A stretch of DNA of 64,000 bases. Source: an uncultured Gammaproteobacteria bacterium (GTDB lineage Bacteria; Pseudomonadota; Gammaproteobacteria; Pseudomonadales; Azotimanducaceae). Numbering within the stretch: the first letter of the stretch is position 1; each line of letters starts with the position of its first letter. The stretch spans positions 399-64,398 of the forward strand of contig CAJXAC010000003.1 of assembly GCA_913050035.1 (NCBI GenBank), written 5' to 3'. The notes below the pieces were generated by a model. The model ran no database searches. It worked only from the letters and a program-made list of their open reading frames with translations, and was not told the origin of the DNA. Positions 56,360 to 64,000 of the stretch are shown here, piece after piece. The position numbers and the translations under genes were made by a program.

Positions 56360-57844
56360 ATGAAGGTTAGAACCCGCATCGCCCCATCGCCAACGGGCGA
56401 TCCTCATGTTGGCACAGCATATATGGCGCTGTTCAACTGGGTGTTTGCGCGGCAGCATGAAGGCGAGTTTATTCTGCGCATAGAAGATACGGACCAAGCC
56501 CGTAGCACAACAGCTTCTGAACAAGCGATTTTCACCGCGCTGCAGTGGCTGGGCCTAGACTGGGACGAGGGCCCAGATGTGGAGGGTGCCAAGGGCCCCT
56601 ATCGCCAAAGTGAGCGTAAAGAGCTCTATTTGCAACACGTTCAGACGCTTCTCGACAAAAACCACGCGTTTTATTGCTTTTGCTCCAAGGAGCGTCTAGA
56701 CACGGTCAGAGCAGAGCAGCAGGCGGCGAAACAAACCACACGCTATGACGGACACTGTGCGAACCTAAGCGCTGAAGAGGTGCAAGCGCGTCTCGCGGCG
56801 GGTGAAGAGCATGTTGTGCGTATGCGTGTGCCTGAGACGGGCGACTGCACTTTTCGTGATCGCTTGCGCGGCGAAATCACCATCCCTTATTCCCAGATTG
56901 ATATGCAGGTTTTGCTTAAAGCTGATGGGATGCCGACCTATCATCTGGCGGTAGTGGTTGATGATCATCATATGGACATCACACACATTCTGCGTGGCGA
57001 GGAGTGGCTCAATTCGGTTCCGAAGCATCAGTTGCTCTACAGCTACTTCGACTGGCCGATGCCGGAACTGATTCATTTGCCGCTGCTGCGTAATACTGAT
57101 CAAAGCAAGTTGTCCAAGCGCAAAAATCCAACTAGCGTGACCTATTACCGAGATCAGGGGTTCCTGCCGGAGGCGCTTTGTAACTATCTTGGTCTGATGG
57201 GTTGGTCGATGCCTAACGAGCAGGAATTGTTTTCACTGCAGGAAATGATCAACGCCTTTGATGTGGATCGGATTTCGACCAGTGGGCCGATCTTTGATCA
57301 AGACAAATTAAAATGGATGAATGGACAGTACCTCCGCGGACTGGATGCTGACACCTATGCTGCGAAAGTCTCAGCCTGGATGTTTAACGAGGAGCGTTTG
57401 GCCGCGTTGATTCCATTGGTGCAACAGCGGGCAGAGCGACTGTCTGACTTGGTGCCGTTGATCGACTATTTGGTTGGAGCGCGTAGGCCGCTGGATCCAG
57501 ATGATTTCGAGCACAAGAAACTGGAACGGGCGCAGGTGGTTAAGGTTTTACATCACACCCTTGCGATGTTCGATCGCAAGCGTGAGTGGCTCAGAGATGA
57601 TCTTTATGCATCTTGCAATCAACTCGCGGAACAATGCGACATGAAGCTGCGAGATTTTTTGTTCCCTCTATTCATTGCCATTAGCGGCCGTGAAGTGTCC
57701 TTGCCGCTATTTGATTCGCTGGTATTCCTCGGCGCAGATTTGAGCCGTGGGCGTTTGCGCGATGCATTGGAGGTGCTAAACGTCTCGGGTAAGGAGCGCA
57801 AGCGTCTCGATAAGGCTGTTGAGCAACTACATTTTTCCGATTAA
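56360..57844 (+). CDS. gltX: glutamate--tRNA ligase
   Basis: RIAPSPTGDPHVGTAY (HIGH) and KLSKRK (KMSKS). Confidence 0.95.
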   Translation: MKVRTRIAPSPTGDPHVGTAYMALFNWVFARQHEGEFILRIEDTDQARSTTASEQAIFTALQWLGLDWDEGPDVEGAKGPYRQSERKELYLQHVQTLLDKNHAFYCFCSKERLDTVRAEQQAAKQTTRYDGHCANLSAEEVQARLAAGEEHVVRMRVPETGDCTFRDRLRGEITIPYSQIDMQVLLKADGMPTYHLAVVVDDHHMDITHILRGEEWLNSVPKHQLLYSYFDWPMPELIHLPLLRNTDQSKLSKRKNPTSVTYYRDQGFLPEALCNYLGLMGWSMPNEQELFSLQEMINAFDVDRISTSGPIFDQDKLKWMNGQYLRGLDADTYAAKVSAWMFNEERLAALIPLVQQRAERLSDLVPLIDYLVGARRPLDPDDFEHKKLERAQVVKVLHHTLAMFDRKREWLRDDLYASCNQLAEQCDMKLRDFLFPLFIAISGREVSLPLFDSLVFLGADLSRGRLRDALEVLNVSGKERKRLDKAVEQLHFSD

Positions 57845-57859
57845 GTACTGCCAGGGAGA

Positions 57860-57888
57860 TTGACAGCGTCTGAGCGCCTCCCTACCAT
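57860..57888 (+). promoter_or_regulatory. possible promoter for tRNA-Ala
   Basis: TTGACA at 57860-57865, a 17-nt spacer, TACCAT at 57883-57888, then a GC-rich discriminator (GCGCGCAG) before the tRNA 5' end at 57901. Confidence 0.35.
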
Positions 57889-57900
57889 GCGCGCAGTCTT

Positions 57901-57976
57901 GGGGCCATAGCTCAGCTGGGAGAGCGCGTGAATGGCATTCACGAGGTCGGGAGTTCGATCCTCCCTGGCTCCACCA
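57901..57976 (+). tRNA. tRNA-Ala (anticodon GGC), CCA encoded
   Basis: Hand-folded 76-nt cloverleaf. Acceptor stem GGGGCCA/TGGCTCC with the Ala identity pair G3:U70. D-arm GCTC/GAGC. Anticodon stem CGTGA/TCACG with loop ATGGCAT. T-arm GGGAG-TTCGATC-CTCCC. Confidence 0.95.
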
Positions 57977-58104
57977 ATCTTTACTTTTCTCCTTCCCCTA
58001 ACCGGCTGGTGCGCAAGAGTCATTCCGGTCATGATAACGGGGTTATGCGAGCCAATATTCCACAACGAGTCAGTTAACTTTAAGAGCTATCGAGTAGGTC
58101 AAAC

Positions 58105-58371
58105 ATGAGCGCACAGGATTTTGTCGTACCCGGTTGGAGAGAAGTAGACAACTGTTTATGTAGAGATTTCGAATTTGTGGATTTTTCTAGCGCATTCGCT
58201 TTTATGACCCGAGTAGCGCTGTTGGCCGAGCATTCGGAACATCACCCCAATTGGGCAAACATTTACAATAAAGTCAGTATTCAGTTGACCACTCATGATG
58301 CAGGTAATTCGGTGACTGGGAAGGATTACGGATTAGCATTGGGCATCAATCAAATTTTTGATGGCGGCTGA
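58105..58371 (+). CDS. 4a-hydroxytetrahydrobiopterin dehydratase (PCD/DCoH family)
   Basis: 88 aa. [25 protein letters not shown] contains the PCD HHP motif. Confidence 0.85.
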   Translation: MSAQDFVVPGWREVDNCLCRDFEFVDFSSAFAFMTRVALLAEHSEHHPNWANIYNKVSIQLTTHDAGNSVTGKDYGLALGINQIFDGG

Positions 58372-58461
58372 AACAATTACTTTGATTAGATCGTGATGGT
58401 AAAATTCGCCGCGGGGGCGCATTAAACATAATTAATATAAAAACAGAGGAGCAAAATACAC

Positions 58462-58782
58462 ATGCCTAGAATTAAGTACATCGAACACAACGGTACTGAG
58501 CACGAAGTTGACGCTGAGGTCGGCATTTCGGTGATGCAGGCTGCTCTTGATGATCTTGTCCCCGGTATCGACGCAGATTGTGGCGGCGAGTGCTCTTGTG
58601 CGACGTGTCATGTAATGGTTAAAGAAGAGTGGCTGGCTAAAACTGGTGCCCCAGACGCCGGCGAAGAATCTATGCTTGATTTAAATCCGGAGCGTCAGCC
58701 GAATTCCCGATTGTCGTGCCAGATTGCCGTTACCGAAGAGCTTGATGGCTTGGTTGTAGACCTACCGGAGTTTCAATTCTAA
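58462..58782 (+). CDS. 2Fe-2S ferredoxin (putidaredoxin/adrenodoxin type)
   Basis: [12 protein letters not shown] plus the distal SRLSCQI cysteine. 106 aa. GAGGAG RBS. Confidence 0.9.
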   Translation: MPRIKYIEHNGTEHEVDAEVGISVMQAALDDLVPGIDADCGGECSCATCHVMVKEEWLAKTGAPDAGEESMLDLNPERQPNSRLSCQIAVTEELDGLVVDLPEFQF

Positions 58783-60026
58783 TGAGCGAAGCAGCACCGC
58801 TGAGGATGATTGATTTTCAGCCCCAAGATATCCCGTTGGAAGATTTTGATATAAGCCAGCGGGAATTGTGGGCTGAAGATGCGAAGATGGAATATTTCGC
58901 GCGCCTTCGTGACGAAGCGCCAGTTCACTTTTGTAAAGATTCTGAATTCGGACCGTATTGGTCGCTGACCCGCTATGCCGACATCATGGAAGTTGATTCA
59001 AACTGGCAGGATTTTTCCTCTGAGCCGGCGATCACGATTATCGATCCCGAAGAAGACTTCCCCTTACCTATGTTTATTGCGATGGATCCGCCAAAACACG
59101 ACGATCAGCGCAAAACTGTCCAAGGTGCGGTGGCGCCGGCGAACTTAAAAAACCTAGAAAGCACGATTCGTGGCCGCGTACAAAAGGTCTTGGATGATCT
59201 TCCTTTGGGCGAGGAATTCGATTGGGTCGATCGAGTATCGATTGAACTTACGACTCAGATGTTGGCGACGTTGTTCGATTTCCCTTTTGAAGATCGACGC
59301 AAGTTGACACGTTGGTCGGATGTCGCGACCGGCGGCCCGGAGACTGGTGTTGTCGAAACTGAAGAGCAGCGCCAAGAAGAGCTTATGGAATGTTTGGCGT
59401 ACTTTACGCGCCTATGGCAAGAGCGGCAGGAGCAGGGGCTGTCGAATGACTTTATCTCTATGCTCGCGCATGGTGAGGCAACCAAGGATATGGCGCCTGA
59501 AGAATATTTAGGCAATCTGGTTCTGTTGATCGTTGGGGGTAATGACACAACACGCAACTCGATGACGGGTGGTGTGCTGGCCCTGAATGAAAATCCTGGA
59601 GAATATGCCAAGTTGCGCAATAACCCAGGCGTAATACCGAACATGGTGTCGGAGATCATTCGCTGGCAGACGCCGCTTGCGCATATGCGCAGAATTGCTA
59701 ACCGTGATTACGAAATTAATGGCCAGACTATAAAGCAGGGCGACAAGGTCATCATGTGGTACTTGTCTGGGAATCGCGATGAGCGTGCCATTGAAAATCC
59801 TAACGAGTTTATTATTGATCGCGCGCGCGCTCGGCAGCATCTGTCATTTGGATTTGGCCCACATCGTTGTATGGGTAATCGTTTGGCGGAGCTCCAATTG
59901 CGTATTCTCTGGGAAGAGATTCAGCAGCGCTTTCATATGATTGAAGTGGTAGGCGATGTTGAGCTTGTGCCGTCAAATTTTGTTCATGGATACACTAAAA
60001 TGCCGGTAGTAGTGCATCCTCTGTAG
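58782..60026 (+). CDS. cytochrome P450, CYP153 family (alkane/terminal hydroxylase type)
   Basis: Long colinear matches to my memory of CYP153A6: PMFIAMDPPKHD, EFDWV.RVSIELTT.MLATLFDFP, LLIVGGNDTTRNSMTGGVLALNE, SEIIRWQTPL.HMRR, and the haem loop HLSFGFGPHRCMGNRLAELQLRILWEE. Confidence 0.9.
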   Translation: MSEAAPLRMIDFQPQDIPLEDFDISQRELWAEDAKMEYFARLRDEAPVHFCKDSEFGPYWSLTRYADIMEVDSNWQDFSSEPAITIIDPEEDFPLPMFIAMDPPKHDDQRKTVQGAVAPANLKNLESTIRGRVQKVLDDLPLGEEFDWVDRVSIELTTQMLATLFDFPFEDRRKLTRWSDVATGGPETGVVETEEQRQEELMECLAYFTRLWQERQEQGLSNDFISMLAHGEATKDMAPEEYLGNLVLLIVGGNDTTRNSMTGGVLALNENPGEYAKLRNNPGVIPNMVSEIIRWQTPLAHMRRIANRDYEINGQTIKQGDKVIMWYLSGNRDERAIENPNEFIIDRARARQHLSFGFGPHRCMGNRLAELQLRILWEEIQQRFHMIEVVGDVELVPSNFVHGYTKMPVVVHPL

Positions 60027-60099
60027 CGTGAGTCTCTAGCTGACATTGCGGGTAGTGCAGGGGACTTGCACTAGTTATCTTCATTGCGGGGGGCAAAAA

Positions 60100-61305
60100 G
60101 TGACGCAACATATAGGACGACAAGGCCGTTCATGGGGCGTCTGGCTGTATGCGTCAGTCGCAATGTTTGCATGCTCAATGTGCTTTGCGGCGTCTCTATC
60201 CGAACCGGTCAGTAAGACATCTATTGCGCCGCTGCAACCAGAGACGATCTATGTCCAGCGTTTACAGCAACCGTCACCGCACTGGCTGATTCTTAACGAT
60301 CCCAACTTCTCGGGTAACATGGATTCTAAAATCTATGTGATTGATGCCGACCGCAATCACATGCTGGGCATGCTTTCTGCTGGCGGTTGGCGTAATGCTG
60401 TTGAGTACAGTCCGGATTTTTCCACGATTTATTCCCCAGAAACTTACTATACCCGCACCACCCGAGGTCAGCGCACGGATGTTTTGAGTTTTTACGATGT
60501 GTCCTCTTTGAGTGTGATTGATGAGGTTGAAATTCCAGCAAAGAGGGGCTCGGGGGCTGCCCATCGTGCATACAGTGGGCGCAGCGACGATGGTCGTTTT
60601 GTTTATGTGTTCAATATGACACCAGCCATGACGGTAACGGTGGTTGATGTACGCGCGCGCAAGGTTACTGCAGAAATTAGCACGGATGGATGCGCCATGA
60701 TTTATCCGAGCGGCAATCTTTCGTTTCTTAGTTTATGCGGTAATGGCCGGATGCGGCAGACCATTTTGACGACCCAGGGCGAACTCGAGCAAACCCGCTT
60801 CACCGATGTTTTCTTCGATCCGCAACAAGATCCATTGACGGAAAAAGCCTCGCGTTTAAACGGCGATTGGTATTTCGTGAGTTTTCACGGTGCAGTGCAT
60901 CGGGTGGAGGCTTCGGATGCTGGGGTCAATCCGAGTAAGCGTTGGGCGCTGCTTAAGCCGTCTGAGTTAGATCAGGGCTGGCGACCCGGTGGTGCACATT
61001 TTGTCGCCAGTCATCGCTCGGGACTTTTGTTTTTGGGAATGAATCGAGATGGCCCGGATTCACACAAGCAACCGGCACAAGAAATTTGGGTGATGAATAT
61101 AGACGATATGTCCCAGCATAAAGTCATCGAGCCACCTGGACCGGTCACTCAACTGGCGGTATCTCAAGATTCCCAGCCGTTATTAGCAGCTGCCAGTGAA
61201 GGTCCTGAAATATACCTTTTCGATGCCCTCACGGGAGTCCAGAAAAATAGCCTCACTGCGCCGATTTTAGGTGCGGGTATTCTGCAATTTGTCGACGCGC
61301 GCTGA
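60100..61305 (+). CDS. mauB: TTQ amine dehydrogenase heavy (large) subunit homologue, beta-propeller
   Basis: RGQRTDVLSFYD, DQGWRPGG and SQDSQPLLAA parallel the remembered MADH heavy-chain RGERTDYVEVFD, ADGWRPGG and SQDEKPLLYA. GTG at 60100 gives a Sec-like signal. The track start is the TTG at 60046, and an ATG at 60163 is also in frame. Confidence 0.8.
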   Translation: MTQHIGRQGRSWGVWLYASVAMFACSMCFAASLSEPVSKTSIAPLQPETIYVQRLQQPSPHWLILNDPNFSGNMDSKIYVIDADRNHMLGMLSAGGWRNAVEYSPDFSTIYSPETYYTRTTRGQRTDVLSFYDVSSLSVIDEVEIPAKRGSGAAHRAYSGRSDDGRFVYVFNMTPAMTVTVVDVRARKVTAEISTDGCAMIYPSGNLSFLSLCGNGRMRQTILTTQGELEQTRFTDVFFDPQQDPLTEKASRLNGDWYFVSFHGAVHRVEASDAGVNPSKRWALLKPSELDQGWRPGGAHFVASHRSGLLFLGMNRDGPDSHKQPAQEIWVMNIDDMSQHKVIEPPGPVTQLAVSQDSQPLLAAASEGPEIYLFDALTGVQKNSLTAPILGAGILQFVDAR

Positions 61306-61880
61306 TGACTTGGCTTGTTCTATCGAGTGTTTTGCTCGCGATCTGTATTGTCGCACTGAGTATCGTTACGTTTTCGTTAGCGCGCCAAATTGGTGTATTG
61401 CACGAACGTTCACAGCCAGTGGCAAGCGAGCTGCGGACCGCGTCCGTTGGCGAAGGCACTAAGCTAGAGAGACTGGACATACCTGTGGATCATTCGGTAG
61501 ACACAGTGAGTCTGTTATTTGTTGCTACAGGCTGTCCTCTGTGCCGTATGTTGCATTCGCCTTTTTCGGTGCTGAAAGAAAATCATGCGGCTCTAGGTGC
61601 TTACTGGGTGTTTGCTGGGGATACGCCCGAAGCGGTTGGTGCCTATGCTGCTGAGCATGGCATTGCGGCGGCGAGTATGTTGGTCGAACCTCAGTTAGCT
61701 ATTCAATGTGCGGTAATTAATACGCCCACATTGGTTTTGCTGCAGCGCGATAACCAGGGGTGGCAGTTGCAAGCACGGCGGAACATAACCAGTTCCCGCC
61801 AATTGCAGACGCTAATGGATGCTTATCTTGTGCAAGCCGAAAAAGTTAGTGCGGATTATAGATTGGGAGTGCGAGCATGA
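61305..61880 (+). CDS. mauD: MauD-like membrane-anchored thioredoxin-fold protein
   Basis: N-terminal TM helix followed by LARQIGVLHER (compare MauD LARQVGVLYER) and a CPLC redox motif. The start overlaps the mauB stop (TGATG). Confidence 0.75.
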   Translation: MTWLVLSSVLLAICIVALSIVTFSLARQIGVLHERSQPVASELRTASVGEGTKLERLDIPVDHSVDTVSLLFVATGCPLCRMLHSPFSVLKENHAALGAYWVFAGDTPEAVGAYAAEHGIAAASMLVEPQLAIQCAVINTPTLVLLQRDNQGWQLQARRNITSSRQLQTLMDAYLVQAEKVSADYRLGVRA

Positions 61881-62392
61881 GTCGATTTGATGATTGGATT
61901 GATCGAGCGACCCGTAAAATCGCGCAACGTTCATCGCGGCGGCGTTTTTTGGCGCGTTTTGGTAGCGCTTTGGTGGCCGCAACAACCCTACCGGTATTAC
62001 CGGTAGGGCGCAGTCATGCAGCGGGCCCCCAAGCGGCTGAGGAAGGCGATCCATTGGCCTGCGACTATTGGCGACATTGCGCAATTGACGGTTATTTGTG
62101 CGGTTGCTGTGGCGGATCCGTCAATTCATGTCCACCGGGTACTGAAATTTCGCCTGTGAGTTGGATCGGTACCTGCACGAACCCTGTAGACGGGCGCGAC
62201 TATGTGATTTCTTACAATGATTGTTGTGGTAAATCTGGCTGTGGCCGTTGTTTTTGCAATACCAACGAAGGAGATAAGCCGATTTATATGCCGGCAAAGA
62301 GCAATGATATTAACTGGTGCCTCGGAACCAGTACGAATGCCTATCATTGTTCAACAGCCGTTGTTATTGGTACCGCATCGGCGCAATCCTAG
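61877..62392 (+). CDS. mauA: TTQ amine dehydrogenase light (small) subunit homologue
   Basis: Tat-like signal SSRRRFLARFGSALVAA. The core CDYWRHCAIDGYLCGCCGGSVNSCPPGTEISPVSWIGTC...DCCG...INWCLG...YHCS is colinear with the remembered MADH beta subunit, including both TTQ Trp positions. ATGA overlap with mauD. Confidence 0.85.
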   Translation: MSRFDDWIDRATRKIAQRSSRRRFLARFGSALVAATTLPVLPVGRSHAAGPQAAEEGDPLACDYWRHCAIDGYLCGCCGGSVNSCPPGTEISPVSWIGTCTNPVDGRDYVISYNDCCGKSGCGRCFCNTNEGDKPIYMPAKSNDINWCLGTSTNAYHCSTAVVIGTASAQS

Positions 62393-62511
62393 GACTGATT
62401 TTCGCTGTTTCTGATTCAGTCACAGGGCAGAGTGTTATACAGTGTGGCCGTGGGGAATTCTCTGCGCGATCAGCAGTAGAGGTCTAACAAATTAAACTTA
62501 AGGAGTAAGCG

Positions 62512-63012
62512 ATGTCGCTTGTAGCTGTAATGGAAACCAATAAAGGCACGATTCGGTTGGACCTTTATGCTGAGGAAACGCCTATGACTGTGGCGAATTT
62601 CGTCAATTTGGCGCAACGAGGTTTTTATGACGGCTTGTCTTTTCATCGAGTCATTGCGGATTTTATGATTCAAGGCGGATGCCCACTTGGTACCGGAACC
62701 GGTGGCCCTGGGTATCGATTTGGTGACGAGTTCAATAGCGCTTTGCGCCATGATGGGCCTGGTAAATTCTCAATGGCGAATGCCGGACCAGGAACCAATG
62801 GTTCACAGTTTTTTATTACTCATGTACCAACGCCATGGTTAGACGATGCGCATACAATTTTTGGTGCTGTGCAAGGGGATGCGGATCAAGAAATTGTTAA
62901 TTCCATTATTCAGGGTGATCAAATTGTGGCTGTGACGATTGAGGGTGATGCCACCGACTTATTGGCATCGGTTCCCGAAGTTCAGGAGTGGAACGCGCAA
63001 CTCGACGCTTAG
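62512..63012 (+). CDS. ppiB: peptidyl-prolyl cis-trans isomerase, cyclophilin type (cytoplasmic)
   Basis: [37 protein letters not shown]. Confidence 0.9.
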   Translation: MSLVAVMETNKGTIRLDLYAEETPMTVANFVNLAQRGFYDGLSFHRVIADFMIQGGCPLGTGTGGPGYRFGDEFNSALRHDGPGKFSMANAGPGTNGSQFFITHVPTPWLDDAHTIFGAVQGDADQEIVNSIIQGDQIVAVTIEGDATDLLASVPEVQEWNAQLDA

Positions 63013-63049
63013 CCGAACGGCGTTGCGGGCGGCATAGGAGGGTGGAGCC

Positions 63050-64000
63050 TTGCAAGAACAGTTACTGTTTGCCGATCTGAAGGTACTAGACGTTGGCAGT
63101 TGGATTGCGGCTCCGGTTGCGACTACGATGCTGGCGGACTACGGGGCACAGGTTATAAAGGTTGAAGCCCCTGATCTCGGCGACGGTTATCGAAACTTTG
63201 CTGATATGCCTGGGTCACCGGATGCGGACACCAATTACACATGGCATATGGACAACCGCAACAAGCGCTCGATTAGCTTGAATCTGAAAAGTGAGGCCGG
63301 GCGTAAAATTCTCCGGCAAATGGTAAGCGAGTGCGATGTCTATGTCACAAATCTGCCCCAGCCGATGCGTCGGCAGTGGCAATTGACCTATGATGATCTG
63401 GCGACGGTTAACCCGTCTATGATTTATGCCTCGTTAACGGCATATGGAGAGAAAGGGCCTGAGCGTGATCGCGAAGGCTTCGACTTAGTCGCTTACTGGT
63501 CGCGGTCGGGTCTAATGGACCTTGTGCACGCACCTGGAGCGCCACCAGGGCCAGCATTGCCCGGCATGGGCGATCACCCCACGGCAGTAACTTTATATGC
63601 GGGTATCGTCACCGCGTTGCTCAAGCGTGGGCAAACGGGTCAAGGCAGCCATGTCCATACCTCGTTAATGGCGAATGGCGTATGGTCAGCGTCATGCATC
63701 GCTCAAGGGGTATTTGCTGACGCCGATTTCAATAATTATTTTGCTAATCAATCGCGTCAATTTACGCGCTTACTCTATGAGGCGAATGACGGCCGATGGC
63801 TGCAGTTTTCCATGGTGCGTACTGATGATGAGGTTGATGCGTTATTTGTTGCCCTGGACAGGCCCGATTTACTGATTGATCCGCGTTTCGCCACCTCTGA
63901 GGCGCGGTTAGAAAATGGTGAGGCGCTAAAAGCTGAACTGATAAAAGCCATCGCGCAGCGCTCCTCGGCGGACTGGATGGGCATATTTGCAGAGTCTGGT
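63050..64000 (+). CDS. CoA transferase, family III (5' part; continues past the right edge)
   Basis: TTG at 63050 follows AGGAGGGTGG. My translation gives LKVLDVGSWIAAPVATTMLADYGAQVIKVEAPDLGDGYR...GFDLVAYWSRSGLMD, open to the window end. It is not in the ORF track because there is no stop. Confidence 0.8.
   Translation, partial: MQEQLLFADLKVLDVGSWIAAPVATTMLADYGAQVIKVEAPDLGDGYRNFADMPGSPDADTNYTWHMDNRNKRSISLNLKSEAGRKILRQMVSECDVYVTNLPQPMRRQWQLTYDDLATVNPSMIYASLTAYGEKGPERDREGFDLVAYWSRSGLMDLVHAPGAPPGPALPGMGDHPTAVTLYAGIVTALLKRGQTGQGSHVHTSLMANGVWSASCIAQGVFADADFNNYFANQSRQFTRLLYEANDGRWLQFSMVRTDDEVDALFVALDRPDLLIDPRFATSEARLENGEALKAELIKAIAQRSSADWMGIFAESG

Noticed and set aside
57841-58065. 74-aa minus-strand ORF
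   Set aside because: It is antisense to, and spans, the well-folded tRNA-Ala gene.
57901-62511. Idea that tRNA-Ala marks the insertion point of a genomic island carrying PCD-fdx-P450-mauBDA
   Set aside because: There is no integrase or recombinase. I could not find a repeat of the tRNA 3' end downstream. My hand GC counts of several 60-nt lines in the cluster (45-53%) are not clearly different from gltX (53%). Proper GC and codon statistics and comparative genomics are needed.

Overview
This is a 64-kb chromosomal segment, roughly 45-55% GC in spot counts, densely coding on both strands with about 60 genes. Gene content and local synteny look like an aerobic, probably marine, gammaproteobacterium of the Pseudomonadales/Cellvibrionales type. 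Examples are trxB, DUF2797-pepN, a MoxR/Bat operon, pyrD, amt, ddl, slt, topA/lexA, csiV-mfd-long gap, and gltX followed by tRNA-Ala. I saw no rRNA, CRISPR array, transposase, integrase or phage genes. There is one tRNA, Ala-GGC at 57901-57976.

Housekeeping genes are interleaved with four accessory modules:
- A tightly packed nine-gene plus-strand run (2231-11091) joins an SDR/MFS/Tat-small-subunit/GMC flavoprotein/ThuA module to an acyl-CoA dehydrogenase/APH-type kinase/SDR trio. The trio resembles the levulinate (lvaABCD) and ACAD10/11 4-hydroxyacyl-CoA pathway.
- A six-gene MoxR-DUF58-DUF4381-VWA-VWA/TPR-BatD operon.
- A KorC-KorA-KorB type 2-oxoacid oxidoreductase.
- Most unusual: just downstream of tRNA-Ala, a 2Fe-2S ferredoxin plus CYP153-type P450 pair sits directly against a stripped-down tryptophan tryptophylquinone (TTQ) amine dehydrogenase cluster (mauB-mauD-mauA homologues). 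That cluster has no mauE, mauG or cupredoxin partner in the window.

Also notable are a small Gly/Ala-rich, poly-Thr-tailed secreted protein behind a 445-bp non-coding leader, and a double SOS box in front of lexA. All functional calls rest on motif recognition and remembered family sequences. No database search or computation was possible, so start codons and family names need confirmation.
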